64,000 bases of DNA from a virus (lineage: Duplodnaviria; Caudoviricetes), in IMG/VR virus record IMGVR_UViG_2816332268_000002, positions 32,001 to 96,000 of that record. One strand, written 5' to 3'. The position numbers and the translations under genes are program-made. The notes under the pieces were generated by a model that saw nothing but the letters and a program-made list of their open reading frames with translations, searched no databases and was not told the DNA's origin. Position 1 is the stretch's first letter, and every line of letters starts with the position of its first letter. Positions 56,626 through 64,000 of the stretch are shown piece after piece.

Positions 56626-57579
56626 ATGATCGAATTGAACGGAAAGGGCTGCCGCGTGCGCGTGATCGCGGACAGCGTCGCGAATATGATGAACAACCGC
56701 TCGCGCATCACTACGCTGGAGCTGCGCTACTGGCGGGCTATTCACGCCGAGTTCATGACACATCGCGTGTTCAGCCGCAACGCCGGCTCTTCCCGCGCCA
56801 TCCCGGTCGCGAAGATCATCGAGCAGGTGCGCAACGATCCGGCCGGCCCGATTCATTGGGGAGCGAACCAGCGCGGCATGCAGGCCGGCGCCGAAATCGA
56901 CTCGCCGGTTCTGGTTGGCGTATACGACGAATTCGACAACCCGTCCGACGAGCCGCTGTTTCGCTTCGGCACGGCCGAAGTCTCCCCGCAGGAAGCGTGG
57001 CGTCTTGCCGCTCTCGACGCTGCGGCAAACGCGGAAGCCTTCATGAAGGCTGGCTATCACAAGCAGCTGGTGAACCGCCTGCTCGAGCCGTTCCAATACA
57101 TCAACGTGCTGGTCACCGCGACCGACTGGCACAACTTCTTCGAGCTGCGCGACCACGCGGACGCACAACCGGAGATTCAAGACCTCGCTCGCACGATGAA
57201 GGCGGCGATGGATCAGTCGACTCCCATCGTTCGCTCGGGCAATGCGGGCGATCCCGATGCGTGGCACCTGCCGTATGTGCTCGATTCGGAGCGTGAACTG
57301 ATCCGACTCGACGTGCTGAAGAAAATCTCGACCGCGCGCTGCGCCCGCGTGTCCTACGAGCCGTTCGACGGCAACGCAGCACTCGAGAAGGAGCTGGAGC
57401 GCTACGACCTGCTCGTCGGCAGCAAGCCGCTGCATGCGAGTCCGACCGAGCACCAGGCGCACCCGATGGCAAATGGCTCCGATCGCAACCGCAACTTCCG
57501 GGGCTGGAAGCAGTATCGGGAAGACGTCGAGGTCCGCATGGCCCGCGAATCGGCGCAAGCATTGGCACGCAAGGCATGA
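56626..57579 (+). CDS. thyX: flavin-dependent thymidylate synthase
   Basis: HAEFMTHRVFSRNAGSSRAIP, HKQ..NRLLEP, NFFELR..AQPEI. Confidence 0.9.
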   Translation: MIELNGKGCRVRVIADSVANMMNNRSRITTLELRYWRAIHAEFMTHRVFSRNAGSSRAIPVAKIIEQVRNDPAGPIHWGANQRGMQAGAEIDSPVLVGVYDEFDNPSDEPLFRFGTAEVSPQEAWRLAALDAAANAEAFMKAGYHKQLVNRLLEPFQYINVLVTATDWHNFFELRDHADAQPEIQDLARTMKAAMDQSTPIVRSGNAGDPDAWHLPYVLDSERELIRLDVLKKISTARCARVSYEPFDGNAALEKELERYDLLVGSKPLHASPTEHQAHPMANGSDRNRNFRGWKQYREDVEVRMARESAQALARKA

Positions 57580-57896
57580 GCAACTTCCTGAAGTGGATCA
57601 AAGGCGCGCGGTGGCGAATGTCGCTGTCGCACTGCTTCGAGGGGCTGCTGATCCAGGCCCCGGTCACGCTGCTGGCCGGCAACGAATGGTTCGGTGCGCT
57701 CGGCGTGGTCATTTGGTATTGGTCGCGCAAGAAGCTGGAAGCTGAGACTCGCATTGAGAAGGACGGACAGACCCATGTCGATACGTGGGCGGCCGGCTGG
57801 TTCCCGTGGCAGTGGGATGCCTGCATGGTCCTCGACGTCGTGCTGCCCGCGATGACTTCCTTCCTGATCGCTTACCTGATAGCGATCTGGGCCTGA
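57576..57896 (+). CDS. Trp-rich membrane protein
   Basis: ATGA overlap; hydrophobic segments. Confidence 0.6.
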   Translation: MSNFLKWIKGARWRMSLSHCFEGLLIQAPVTLLAGNEWFGALGVVIWYWSRKKLEAETRIEKDGQTHVDTWAAGWFPWQWDACMVLDVVLPAMTSFLIAYLIAIWA

Positions 57897-57938
57897 CTAC
57901 AAACAAGTAACACCTTTCTCTGACACAAGGAGCAACAC

Positions 57939-58577
57939 ATGGACAACACGACCTACCGTAGCCGCGTTCTCGAAACCGAATCGAAGCCGCGCTCGCTCGA
58001 CTTCGGCCCGGCAACGCTGCTGGTCGCCCTGAACATGGCCGTCGCGGCGACGATGGTGCTGGATCAGGTCAAGCGCGCGATCTACTACGGCAAGGAAATG
58101 GACCCGAACAAAACGCTCGATTCGCTCGGAGTCATGCAGAGCGCGGGGGAGTCGCTGAAGTTCACGATCGGCACCGGCCGCTACCGCGACCCGATGGACG
58201 TCCACTTCTTCATGGACAAGCTGCCGAAGGAGGTCGTCCAGCAGATCAACCCGCAAAACGTCGACATGCGCCTGCTGCATGCGGCGCTGGGCAGCTTCAC
58301 CGAGTCGGGCGAACTGATCGAAGCGCTGCTGCCGACGCTGCTGGGCAAGCCGGTCGACCGCGTGAACGTCGCGGAAGAGCTGGGTGACGCGAACTGGTAT
58401 GGCGAAATCGCGCTCGACGCGCTGGGCCTGACCCGCGAGGAGGTCAACGCGGCGAACATCAAGAAGCTGCAGGACAAGAAGGCGGGCCGCTACAAGGCCG
58501 GCACTTTCCTCTCGGACGACGCGGTGAACCGCGACACGGGCGCCGAACGCGCGGTGCTGGAGGCAGCGGTTGCATGA
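57939..58577 (+). CDS. MazG-like nucleotide pyrophosphohydrolase
   Basis: LLHAALG..TESGEL, EELGD..WY, NIKKL..RY. Confidence 0.8.
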   Translation: MDNTTYRSRVLETESKPRSLDFGPATLLVALNMAVAATMVLDQVKRAIYYGKEMDPNKTLDSLGVMQSAGESLKFTIGTGRYRDPMDVHFFMDKLPKEVVQQINPQNVDMRLLHAALGSFTESGELIEALLPTLLGKPVDRVNVAEELGDANWYGEIALDALGLTREEVNAANIKKLQDKKAGRYKAGTFLSDDAVNRDTGAERAVLEAAVA

Positions 58578-58759
58578 AACGTAAGGCCCTGTTCGACATA
58601 GTTTTCTATGTCGTCATGGTCATCGCGCTCCTGGTCGCTATCGCGGCTGGGAGCGTTTTTGTTCGTGTCATCGCGAAGTGGTGGCAAACCGACTTCCCGA
58701 CCAACGGCACCTACACCGTGACGATCCAGCACTACAGCACCAACAAGGAGGTGGAATGA
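58574..58759 (+). CDS. small membrane protein
   Basis: One TM helix; ATGA overlaps at both ends. Confidence 0.6.
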   Translation: MKRKALFDIVFYVVMVIALLVAIAAGSVFVRVIAKWWQTDFPTNGTYTVTIQHYSTNKEVE

Positions 58760-59382
58760 TCAGTTTGCTCGGGGCGCAACGAACCGGAAAGACCACGCTG
58801 GCAAAGGCCTATGCGGAGGCGGCCGGTATCAAGTTCGTGCCCACCAGTGCCTCGGCGACGTTCGAGCGACTCGGTTACAGCCCGAAAGCCGACTACCCGT
58901 TCGAGGCGCGGCTCATGATCCAGCGGGAGATCCTGCGCGACGTGAACCGCCTCTACGAGCGCAGCGGCGTGAAGTTCATCACCGACCGCTCGCCCATCGA
59001 CCTGCTGGGCTACACGCTCGCCGACGTGCAGCGCAATAACGTTCCCTACGAACTCGCTGCGGAGGTCGAGCGGTATGCAAACGACTGCTACGAGTGCGCC
59101 AACCGACACTTCACTGCGCTGATTCTGGTGCAGCCGGGCATCCGACCGGTTGAAGAGGAAGGGAAGGCTCCGGCCAATCCGTCCTACATGGAGCACCTGA
59201 ACGCGCTGATGCTCGGCCTGCTGACCGACGACCGGCTACAGGCCGACCACTTCCTGATCCCGCGCCGCTACACGAGCGTCGAGAAGCGGATCGAGGCGAT
59301 CACGTATGCGCTCGGGAAGTCGACGGAGCGGCACCAGGCGAAGATGGATTCAATGCTGGATCGGGGGATGATGATTCACTAG
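58756..59382 (+). CDS. P-loop nucleotide kinase-like ATPase (AAA_28/NadR-type)
   Basis: GAQRTGKTTL, ITDRSPIDLLGY. Confidence 0.75.
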   Translation: MISLLGAQRTGKTTLAKAYAEAAGIKFVPTSASATFERLGYSPKADYPFEARLMIQREILRDVNRLYERSGVKFITDRSPIDLLGYTLADVQRNNVPYELAAEVERYANDCYECANRHFTALILVQPGIRPVEEEGKAPANPSYMEHLNALMLGLLTDDRLQADHFLIPRRYTSVEKRIEAITYALGKSTERHQAKMDSMLDRGMMIH

Positions 59383-59386
59383 TAAG

Positions 59387-59404
59387 TAAGTAAATAGTGA
59401 TCGA
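59387..59404 (+). promoter_or_regulatory. degenerate phage box TAAGTAA-ATAG-TGATCGA (TATACT at 59423)
   Basis: Left arm exact, right arm degenerate. Confidence 0.5.
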
Positions 59405-59476
59405 AATCCGAGAGGTGAACACTATACTTCACTGCATAGAGGTTCACTTCTCAATCAACCAATTTTGGGGATCGCA

Positions 59477-60100
59477 ATGTCGACCAACGTCAAGCTGAGC
59501 AACCACGTCCGTGATCAGATCATTTCGAATGCAATGAAGGGCGCTTTCGAGAAAGAGAAGAAGGCGGTGGCGAAGCAACTTCAGGATCTCGCGATGGCGT
59601 GCTACCGCTCGCAAGTGAGCGCGGAAGAAGAGGCAGCGGCACGTCGCGCCCCGGAAGAGTTTCTCACGCTGTCGAACACGATCACGCTGGCTTTCCGTGA
59701 CGAGAATGGTAGCCGCACTGCCTACTATAGCAGCGTCGACCTGCCGAAAATCGTTCCGTTCAAGCGCGGTGGCGGCACCTATCTGACTATCTCGGACAAG
59801 AAGCTCAACGCGAAGAAGGACGCCTACGAGAAGGCACATGCTGAGCTCGAAGGGAAATTCGACGAACTCCGGAATTCGATCCGCGGGATGGTCTACTCCG
59901 CAACCACGGTCAAGAAGCTGCTTGATATCTGGCCGGAGTCGGTGAACTTCCTGCCGGATAACTTGGAGAAGCCTGCGCCGGCTCTCCCGGCGGTCATCGC
60001 AACTGACCTGAACAACGCGCTGAAGAAAGCCGGCGTGAAGGTCGGTGTCATCAAGCGGGCCGCACAACCGACGGGCGGCCTCGTTGCCGTTGCGGCATGA
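59477..60100 (+). CDS. Nmad5-like protein
   Basis: KLSNHVRDQII.NA ... TTVKKLLDIWPE..FLP..LPAV. Confidence 0.7.
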   Translation: MSTNVKLSNHVRDQIISNAMKGAFEKEKKAVAKQLQDLAMACYRSQVSAEEEAAARRAPEEFLTLSNTITLAFRDENGSRTAYYSSVDLPKIVPFKRGGGTYLTISDKKLNAKKDAYEKAHAELEGKFDELRNSIRGMVYSATTVKKLLDIWPESVNFLPDNLEKPAPALPAVIATDLNNALKKAGVKVGVIKRAAQPTGGLVAVAA

Positions 60101-60513
60101 GCGCGCCGAGTGAGTTTCCGACGCTCCGCGACGAGCTGGAGCGCAAGGTCACGGAAGAAGTCGAGCGCTTGGTCTTGGCCGTGCAGCAGGGCAAGCTGAG
60201 CGCGTATGGCTATCAGATGGCGCTGGACGGGCTCTGGGGCGGCGTAGCGGGCATCGTGAGCAAGGAATCGATGGAACTGCTGACTGCGGCCAAGCAAAGC
60301 TACCAAGGAGAGCATGTGCTGGTGCGCGTGTTTAAGCGAGGCGAGGCCGTTGTCAAGCTGACGTGGGCTTTCGGTGCCGCGTTCTTCACGATAACCGGTG
60401 CGACACGCTCACAGCAGCGACGGAGCGCGGCGGACGGCATGGCAAGCACGTCGATGCGCGAGTTCTCGGCTTTCGCGGCCGGGATGCTCAAACAAGGCTG
60501 GGAGGCGGTATGA
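60097..60513 (+). CDS. phage hypothetical protein
   Basis: ATGA overlap. Confidence 0.6.
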   Translation: MSAPSEFPTLRDELERKVTEEVERLVLAVQQGKLSAYGYQMALDGLWGGVAGIVSKESMELLTAAKQSYQGEHVLVRVFKRGEAVVKLTWAFGAAFFTITGATRSQQRRSAADGMASTSMREFSAFAAGMLKQGWEAV

Positions 60514-60577
60514 CCTATTCGAAAGTAGACATGTCGCAGACGGGCTGAAGTCCGAAGATTTTCTGTAACCATAGCAA

Positions 60578-60595
60578 TAAGTCACCAACGACTTA
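60578..60595 (+). promoter_or_regulatory. phage box TAAGTCA-CCAA-CGACTTA
   Basis: One mismatch from the perfect palindrome. Confidence 0.8.
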
Positions 60596-60610
60596 TCACA
60601 AGGGGAAGCA

Positions 60611-61075
60611 ATGCAACGAAACGAAGTGATCCGCGCCGACGTTCAGGCTCTGCTGAATCGCACCGACGAGATTCGCCTCAAGAGCGACGAGGACAAGCTC
60701 TTCACGATTCTCGGTGAAATCGAGAAGCTGTCGGACGCCGAGAAGGCACCGTTCTTCGCGCAGTCGCGAAAGGGCGGTGGCGTGTTCCTGTTCGAGAGCC
60801 GCCACTTCCCCGGCCACATCGTCGAATACATCCCCGGCGTGATGGTGAACGACTCGATCTCCTGCATGTTCGAGCCGCATCCCGTGTTCGCCAGTCCGTC
60901 GACGCTGCTGAAGCTCCGCGAGGAACTTGTCGGCGAGCTCGAGCGTATCCACCACGCGATTCCGGGCGCGCTCCACAAGGCCGATCCGGCACGCCACAGG
61001 CCGGTGATGCTGATCGAAATGTCGACGCTTCAGCTCGCCGACACCCTGCGCGAAACCGCTCGCGTGAAGCTGTAA
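60611..61075 (+). CDS. phage hypothetical protein
   Basis: AGGGGAAG RBS. Confidence 0.65.
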   Translation: MQRNEVIRADVQALLNRTDEIRLKSDEDKLFTILGEIEKLSDAEKAPFFAQSRKGGGVFLFESRHFPGHIVEYIPGVMVNDSISCMFEPHPVFASPSTLLKLREELVGELERIHHAIPGALHKADPARHRPVMLIEMSTLQLADTLRETARVKL

Positions 61076-61150
61076 CGAATCCAGCGGGGCGCCGTAGGGC
61101 GCTCTGCACACTGTCTGTCACACCAACATCACCACTGAAAGGAACACACC

Positions 61151-61546
61151 ATGACGAACCTCAAGCGTATCGCTGCATACCAGACCACCGACGGCCAAAC
61201 CTTCGACGACAAGGACGTGGCGAAGAAGCACCAGGCGGAGCTGGATCGTATGGCGAAGGTGAAGGAACTCGTCGCGAATGGCATGGGCACCGTCGACATG
61301 ACGGAAGGCGATGACCTCTACACCGTGATCGCGAACATGATCGTCACGAACGCAGACGCGCTGCGCGAGATTCTGCCGAAAAAGGCGAAGGCTGCGAAGG
61401 CACAAGATCCGGTGAAGCCGGAAGTCGAACAGGGCGCGGCACCCACCGCCGCGGTCGAGCCGCCGGTGATCGAGTCGCCGGCGGCGGAGTTCGCGTGGCC
61501 CGCTGGCCTGTCTGCTTCGCTCAACACGACGCAAGCAGCAGCGTAA
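61151..61546 (+). CDS. phage hypothetical protein
   Basis: AAGGAA RBS; AYQTTDGQTF..K..A..H N-terminus. Confidence 0.65.
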   Translation: MTNLKRIAAYQTTDGQTFDDKDVAKKHQAELDRMAKVKELVANGMGTVDMTEGDDLYTVIANMIVTNADALREILPKKAKAAKAQDPVKPEVEQGAAPTAAVEPPVIESPAAEFAWPAGLSASLNTTQAAA

Positions 61547-61564
61547 CGCCATCAGGTGAGCACG

Positions 61565-61593
61565 GCCCGGTTACGCACGTAACCGGGCTTTTT
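61565..61593 (+). terminator. rho-independent terminator
   Basis: GCCCGGTTAC-GCAC-GTAACCGGGC-TTTTT. Confidence 0.88.
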
Positions 61594-61691
61594 CTTGGCT
61601 GCCTGGATCGCGATTGGATGCGTTACGCATCCGAGAGAGCGCCACTCCCCGATTGGGAGAATGACTACATCACAACAGAGAAGCAAAGACC

Positions 61692-62147
61692 ATGAAACCG
61701 AACTTCGAATTGCTCCGCGACGCGTTCGCGATTCTCGACGGGATTCCGGAACACATCTTCAACCTCGACGCATGGACCGTGCAGCAAGGAGAGAGCCTGA
61801 GCTGCGGGACGATCGCATGTGCCGGCGGCTGGCTTGCGCGCCATCCCAAGTTTGCAGAGCTCGGGCTCGGTATCTCCAGGGGCGGCGATGTATGCCTGCG
61901 AACCGATGCGAATGAATCGTCCTTCGGCGCACTGTCGAAAATCTTCTCGCTGCGTGGCGACGAGGACGAAATCTTCATGCCAAGCGGTGCCGGCTACAGC
62001 GATCACGAGCTGAGTTTTGAAGTGCGCCAGGCAATGACCGACAAGCAGCTTTGGAAGCGCCGTGTGCTTCGTCTGTTCCAGGAATACGACGAGCCCTTCG
62101 ATCCGAAAGTCGCGGATGGTCTTCACCTCGACGCAAGGAGACAGTGA
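61692..62147 (+). CDS. phage hypothetical protein
   Basis: CGTIACAGGW motif typical of phage proteins. Confidence 0.65.
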   Translation: MKPNFELLRDAFAILDGIPEHIFNLDAWTVQQGESLSCGTIACAGGWLARHPKFAELGLGISRGGDVCLRTDANESSFGALSKIFSLRGDEDEIFMPSGAGYSDHELSFEVRQAMTDKQLWKRRVLRLFQEYDEPFDPKVADGLHLDARRQ

Positions 62148-62148
62148 C

Positions 62149-62613
62149 ATGCCGAAACTCCACATTCCGCGCTTGGGTGCGGACCTCGTCCTCTTGAGCG
62201 ACTGGTCGTTCCGCCTGTTTCACGAGCACCGCAACTCCGGTCTGCAATCGGCGGTTGGGCTGGCGAACCCCTTCAGCGGCCTTCAGGACTTCTGGGGCGC
62301 GAAGCCGGCAGAGCGATTCGCCGCGCTCGAGAAGTCGCAGTGGCGTGAGGCAGACGGGTCGCTGAGCACGGTGAAGGAGCGCTACTTCAATGGCGAGCTC
62401 CAGCACCCGCTGACGATCCCGACCGGCGCACTCCTGACGATTGATCGCATCTTCATTCGTAGGGGCGCCGCTGATTACGACAGCGTGACCTTCTGGCTTA
62501 AGGCGTCGAAGGTGCCGGTAACGATCAACAGTCGACAGGTGAAGAAGAGCGTTCGCTTCTGGGCAAAGCTGGACGACGTGAACCACATCGAATTCGAGGA
62601 ACAGAGCGTATGA
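62149..62613 (+). CDS. phage hypothetical protein
   Basis: AAGGAG RBS; IDRIFIRRG...SVTF...RFWAKL. Confidence 0.65.
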   Translation: MPKLHIPRLGADLVLLSDWSFRLFHEHRNSGLQSAVGLANPFSGLQDFWGAKPAERFAALEKSQWREADGSLSTVKERYFNGELQHPLTIPTGALLTIDRIFIRRGAADYDSVTFWLKASKVPVTINSRQVKKSVRFWAKLDDVNHIEFEEQSV

Positions 62614-63821
62614 AGCAAGTCATCAGCGAGCAGGGTTCGCGCCCGATCAAAATCTGGACGAACGATATCGAGGACGAGGCACTGACGCAGGCGAAGAATC
62701 TCGCGCGCCTCCCGTTCATCGCCAGCAACGGCGTCGCTCTCATGCCCGACGTGCATGCCGGAAAGGGTTCGACGATCGGCTCGGTCATCGCGACCGAGAA
62801 GGCGATCATCCCCGCCGCGGTTGGTGTGGACATAGGCTGCGGCATGAACGCAGTGCGCCTGTCGTTGAAGGCGAGCGACCTCCCGGAAAGTCTCACCTCG
62901 ATTCGCCATCAGATCGAGCGGGACGTGCCGCTGGGTGCCGGCGGCCGGCATCAACGGGACAGTGACGTCCACGCGAACACCATGCGCCTGCCGGCGATGC
63001 CGAGCGATCGCGTTGAGGCCGTGCTCGCTGACGAGATCGTCGGCTCCAGGCACAAGGTCTACGAGAAGGCAGCCAACCAACTCGGCACGCTCGGCTCGGG
63101 CAACCACTTCATCGAGCTTTGCATCGACGAGAATCAGGACGTGTGGGTGATGCTCCACTCCGGCTCGCGCGGCATCGGCAACATGATCGGCAGCTACTTC
63201 ATCGAGAAGGCGAAGAAGCGCATGGAGCTGCACTTCATCAACCTGCCCGATGGTGACCTCGCCTATATCCCGGAGGACACCGACGACTTCCGTGATTACA
63301 TGGCCGCGGTCCAGTGGGCGCAGGACTACGCGCTCGAAAACCGCAAGGTGATGATGCAGTCCGTCATCGCGGCGCTGCGCCGACACATTCCGATCGAGTT
63401 CGCGATCACGCAGGAGGCGATCAACTGTCACCACAACTACGTCGCGCGCGAGAACCACTTCGGCCGCAACCTGTGGGTGACGCGCAAGGGGGCTATTCGC
63501 GCCCGCGAAGGTGACCTCGGCATCATCCCCGGTTCGATGGGCCAGCGCAGCTACATCGTGCGCGGGAAGGGCAACCCGCAGTCCTACTGCTCGTGCTCGC
63601 ACGGTGCCGGCCGCGTGATGAGCCGCGCCAAAGCGAAACGGATGTTCAACCTCGACGACCTCGCGGCCCAGACCGAGGGCGTGGAGTGCCGCAAGGACGC
63701 AGACGTGCTGGACGAGATTCCGGGCGCCTACAAAAACCTGGACGTCGTCATGGGCAACCAGACGGATCTGGTCGAAGTCGTCCACACGCTGAAAGCGATC
63801 ATGTGCGTGAAGGGGGCGTGA
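62610..63821 (+). CDS. rtcB: RtcB RNA ligase
   Basis: MPDVHAG, VGVDIGCG, GTLGSGNHFIE, HSGSRG, HHN, RKGA, PGSMG, SCSHGAGR, DEIPGAYK. Confidence 0.96.
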   Translation: MKQVISEQGSRPIKIWTNDIEDEALTQAKNLARLPFIASNGVALMPDVHAGKGSTIGSVIATEKAIIPAAVGVDIGCGMNAVRLSLKASDLPESLTSIRHQIERDVPLGAGGRHQRDSDVHANTMRLPAMPSDRVEAVLADEIVGSRHKVYEKAANQLGTLGSGNHFIELCIDENQDVWVMLHSGSRGIGNMIGSYFIEKAKKRMELHFINLPDGDLAYIPEDTDDFRDYMAAVQWAQDYALENRKVMMQSVIAALRRHIPIEFAITQEAINCHHNYVARENHFGRNLWVTRKGAIRAREGDLGIIPGSMGQRSYIVRGKGNPQSYCSCSHGAGRVMSRAKAKRMFNLDDLAAQTEGVECRKDADVLDEIPGAYKNLDVVMGNQTDLVEVVHTLKAIMCVKGA

Positions 63822-64000
63822 TGGCAAAGAAAGTCGGAACCTACGATATCCCGTTCGACAACGTTGGCAACCAACTCGACTATCCGGGGCACGCGTCCGA
63901 AATGAAAGCGAACCACGAATTCGAGGATACGTTGACGTATCACTCGTGTGGACGTGGGCGCAGTTCCGTTGGTTTCACGTTCAAGCGTTCGGACGGCCGC
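63821..64000 (+). CDS. phage hypothetical protein, 3'-truncated
   Basis: TGATG coupling to rtcB; frame open to the window end. Confidence 0.6.
   Translation, partial: MAKKVGTYDIPFDNVGNQLDYPGHASEMKANHEFEDTLTYHSCGRGRSSVGFTFKRSDGR

Overview
A 64 kb GC-rich segment of a temperate, lambda-like long-tailed phage. Its gene set resembles SSU5/pHCM2-type phage-plasmids, and a Burkholderiales-type host is inferred. Almost all genes lie on the + strand. Gene order: head-tail completion and tail genes (1-21087), lysis cassette (21201-22974), Hfq-like protein/helicase/primase/WGR/ligase block (23129-30391), accessory membrane genes and an XRE repressor switch (30501-32616), vWA + MoxR AAA + sigma factor + DnaE-UDG fusion (32699-40844), recombination genes (UvsY-like, SSB, 5' nuclease, RecA, SbcDC, RuvC; 40859-51530), an inverted PIN-domain moron (51527-52747), nucleotide metabolism (NrdAB, ThyX, MazG-like, kinase, Nmad5; 52894-60100) and RtcB (62610-63821). 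Most notable observations: (i) a phage-encoded Hfq/Sm-fold protein with an intact YKHAI motif, translationally coupled to the helicase; (ii) about 16 copies of an 18-bp palindrome TAAGT(C/A)A-N4-(T/C)GACT(T/A)(A/T) in front of most transcription units, usually overlapping a -10 hexamer; (iii) a highly structured ~170-nt leader RNA upstream of thyX; (iv) a shared C-terminal P-x-[WF]-A-[ST]-W peptide on two unrelated proteins in the DNA-repair blocks. No CRISPR array, tRNA, rRNA, IS, integrase or rep/par gene was recognised. All calls come from reading motifs by eye; no database search was run.
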